22,564 nucleotides of DNA, taken from positions 1 through 22,564 of the forward strand of contig JAAFHZ010000070.1 in the NCBI GenBank assembly GCA_013297675.1, in the 5' to 3' direction. Below the pieces are notes generated by a model. That model made no database searches, had not been told where the DNA came from, and saw only the letters and a list, made by a program, of their open reading frames with translations. This stretch comes from Synechococcales cyanobacterium bin59.metabat.ball.084. Its GTDB lineage: Bacteria > Cyanobacteriota > Cyanobacteriia > Cyanobacteriales > Chamaesiphonaceae. How positions within the stretch are numbered: the first letter of the stretch is position 1; every line of letters begins with the position of its first letter. Made by a program: the position numbers and the translations under genes. Shown here one piece after another: positions 21,824 to 22,564 of this stretch.

Positions 21824-22564
21824 CTAACCTCGCAAAATAAACGGTGGATACTGGGGAATATCACCCCGCAAATGCCTCGCCAACAAACGAGCCTGCACAT
21901 GACACAGCAACCCCACCGGCACCTTAGACTCCAAAATAGGATGCGTCACCTCCTCCTTTTTACGATTTTGATACGCCGTCAAAAAATCTTGCCGCGCCTG
22001 ATCCTTCAAATACACCCCACCCCCCGGACGATCGACAAAATCACTAGGCTTGATCTGCCCCCGATTCACCAAACTTAACACCAATCGATCGGCCACTACC
22101 GATCGCAGCTCCTCCATCAAATCCAACGCCAGCGAAGGCCGCCCCGGACGCAGCACATGGGAAAAACCCATTTGCGGATCTAACCCCACCCCCTCGCAAG
22201 CTGCCACACACTCATTAGCCAGCAGCGTATAGGCAAAAGATAGCAAAGCATTAATACCATCCTTCGGTGGTCGCTTCGATCGCTCCTTAAACTCAAAACC
22301 ATCGCGATTCATCCGAATCATCTCGCTAAAAGCACCAAAATAAGCCTTAGCTGCATGGCCTTCAATGCCCCGCAACTGATCAATATCTACCGATTTTTCA
22401 ATGCTTTCAATGGCATCAGCATGAGCCTGCGCCGCCGATCGCAGCTTGGTTTCGTCCTTCCCCTCCTTGGCTTCTCGCGCAGCTCTCATCAGCACATTGC
22501 GCGTATTTTGCAGCTTGCCAGCCACCACATACCGGGCAATATTGAGCGTCGCCACTGGATTATT
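21824..22564 (-). CDS. cas1: CRISPR-associated integrase Cas1 (5' end off the window), resembling type I-C (DVULG-type) Cas1
   Basis: The frame stays open to the window edge. Motifs are RSKRPPKDGINALLSFAYTLLAN, RPGRPSLALDLMEELR and the C-terminal LLARHLRGDIPQYPPF. The subtype resemblance is from memory of I-C Cas1 sequences. Confidence 0.93.
   Translation of the reverse strand, partial: NNPVATLNIARYVVAGKLQNTRNVLMRAAREAKEGKDETKLRSAAQAHADAIESIEKSVDIDQLRGIEGHAAKAYFGAFSEMIRMNRDGFEFKERSKRPPKDGINALLSFAYTLLANECVAACEGVGLDPQMGFSHVLRPGRPSLALDLMEELRSVVADRLVLSLVNRGQIKPSDFVDRPGGGVYLKDQARQDFLTAYQNRKKEEVTHPILESKVPVGLLCHVQARLLARHLRGDIPQYPPFILRG

Overview
The window looks like a cyanobacterial chromosomal segment. 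GATCG/GCGATCGC (HIP1-type) palindromes are dense and the gene content fits. Housekeeping genes (recJ 5' end, uvrC, a TPR protein, ComEC-like channel, Tat-signal Mn-SOD, dnaN) are interleaved with accessory material. I found two paralogous cobalamin riboswitches. One precedes a DUF1636-like metal-binding protein. The other precedes an unknown 141-aa ORF and a membrane desaturase. An accessory island lies between the desaturase terminator (~12.95 kb) and dnaN (~18.7 kb). It carries a class-II autoinhibited Fic AMPylase with a C-terminal wHTH, then a signal-less S8 subtilase whose stop overlaps the start of an 871-aa NACHT (STAND/NLR-like) NTPase. The NACHT N-terminus resembles the subtilase's own prodomain. 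This protease plus NLR pair, possibly with Fic, is my best candidate for an uncharacterised immune or conflict system. Downstream of dnaN are a small coiled-coil protein with five 21-bp tandem repeats and a 13-repeat CRISPR array (37-nt repeat, 12 spacers). The array reads on the minus strand from a leader next to cas2 and a truncated cas1, both resembling type I-C adaptation genes. All calls rest on reading the sequence and translations by eye; no database search was run.
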